DNA of 34,454 nt from assembly GCF_001194135.2 (NCBI RefSeq), contig NC_068988.1, positions 51,654,328 to 51,688,781 of the forward strand. Reading direction: 5' to 3'. The notes under the pieces were generated by a model. The model was not told the DNA's origin. It searched no databases and saw only the letters and a program-made list of their open reading frames with translations. The translations under genes and the position numbers were made by a program. Numbering within the stretch: the stretch's first letter is position 1; the number at the start of each line of letters is the position of its first letter. This document shows, piece by piece, positions 34,061 through 34,454 of the stretch. The stretch comes from Octopus bimaculoides. Lineage: Eukaryota.

Positions 34061-34214
34061 GCACATGTACACTTCACCTTGTACTGGAACAAGGGCACCT
34101 CACATAGCACTGGCATGAGTGCATTTTATGTGGGATCTGAAAGACAAATACCTCTCAGCTGGCAGGAGTGAGAGCATGGCTATAAAGGACATGCCAGTAT
34201 GTATGCATGGCTGT

Positions 34215-34426
34215 AATTTTACTTAGCTTGACATACGGTTAATCGCCACAAGTATCAGTCCCTTGTCATGTAAAAAGCAGCCAGTACATTCTGAAGTGGT
34301 TGGCATTAGGAAGGGTATCCAGCCATAGAAACCAAGCCAATGCTGACATTAGAGCTTGGAACAGTACCCTTGCTTGTTAGTTCCTGTCGTTAACATCCAA
34401 CCCATGCTAATATGGAAAATGGACAT
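34215..34426 (+). mobile_element. Family B retroposon 3' end, plus orientation, followed by (TA)n
   Basis: GTGGTTGGCATTAGGAAGGGTATCCAGCCATAGAAACC...CCAACCCATGCTAATATGGAAAATGGAC. Confidence 0.75.
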
Positions 34427-34454
34427 ATATATATGTATATATATATATATATAT

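Overview
AT-rich, repeat-dense eukaryotic scaffold with three N-gaps. The SINE, MITE and microsatellite landscape looks like an octopus or other coleoid cephalopod genome; this is an inference, as no search was run. The only protein-coding sequence I can support is the first coding exon of an EHD-family (EHD1/Past1/RME-1) dynamin-like ATPase gene on the minus strand (32523-32046). It is closed by a textbook G|GTAAGT donor and sits in a CpG-retaining region with a perfect NRF1-type palindrome upstream. I found no further EHD exon, so bases 1-32045 are probably one intron of at least 32 kb. That intron holds tRNA-derived SINEs of several modular families, MITEs (hAT-like, piggyBac-like, and a long foldback), a HINE/Helentron-like element, micro- and minisatellites, and long inverted repeats. 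The most notable signal is a set of minimal type I hammerhead-ribozyme-like folds. One lies in the body of a young tRNA-headed SINE (27442-27684, minus) with a second variant fold in tandem, another abuts that SINE in the opposite orientation, and another is at 2638-2670. Most ORFs in the supplied track are low-complexity, gap-spanning or repeat-derived artefacts. Repeat family labels A-E are my own working names, and repeat boundaries are approximate (aligned by eye).
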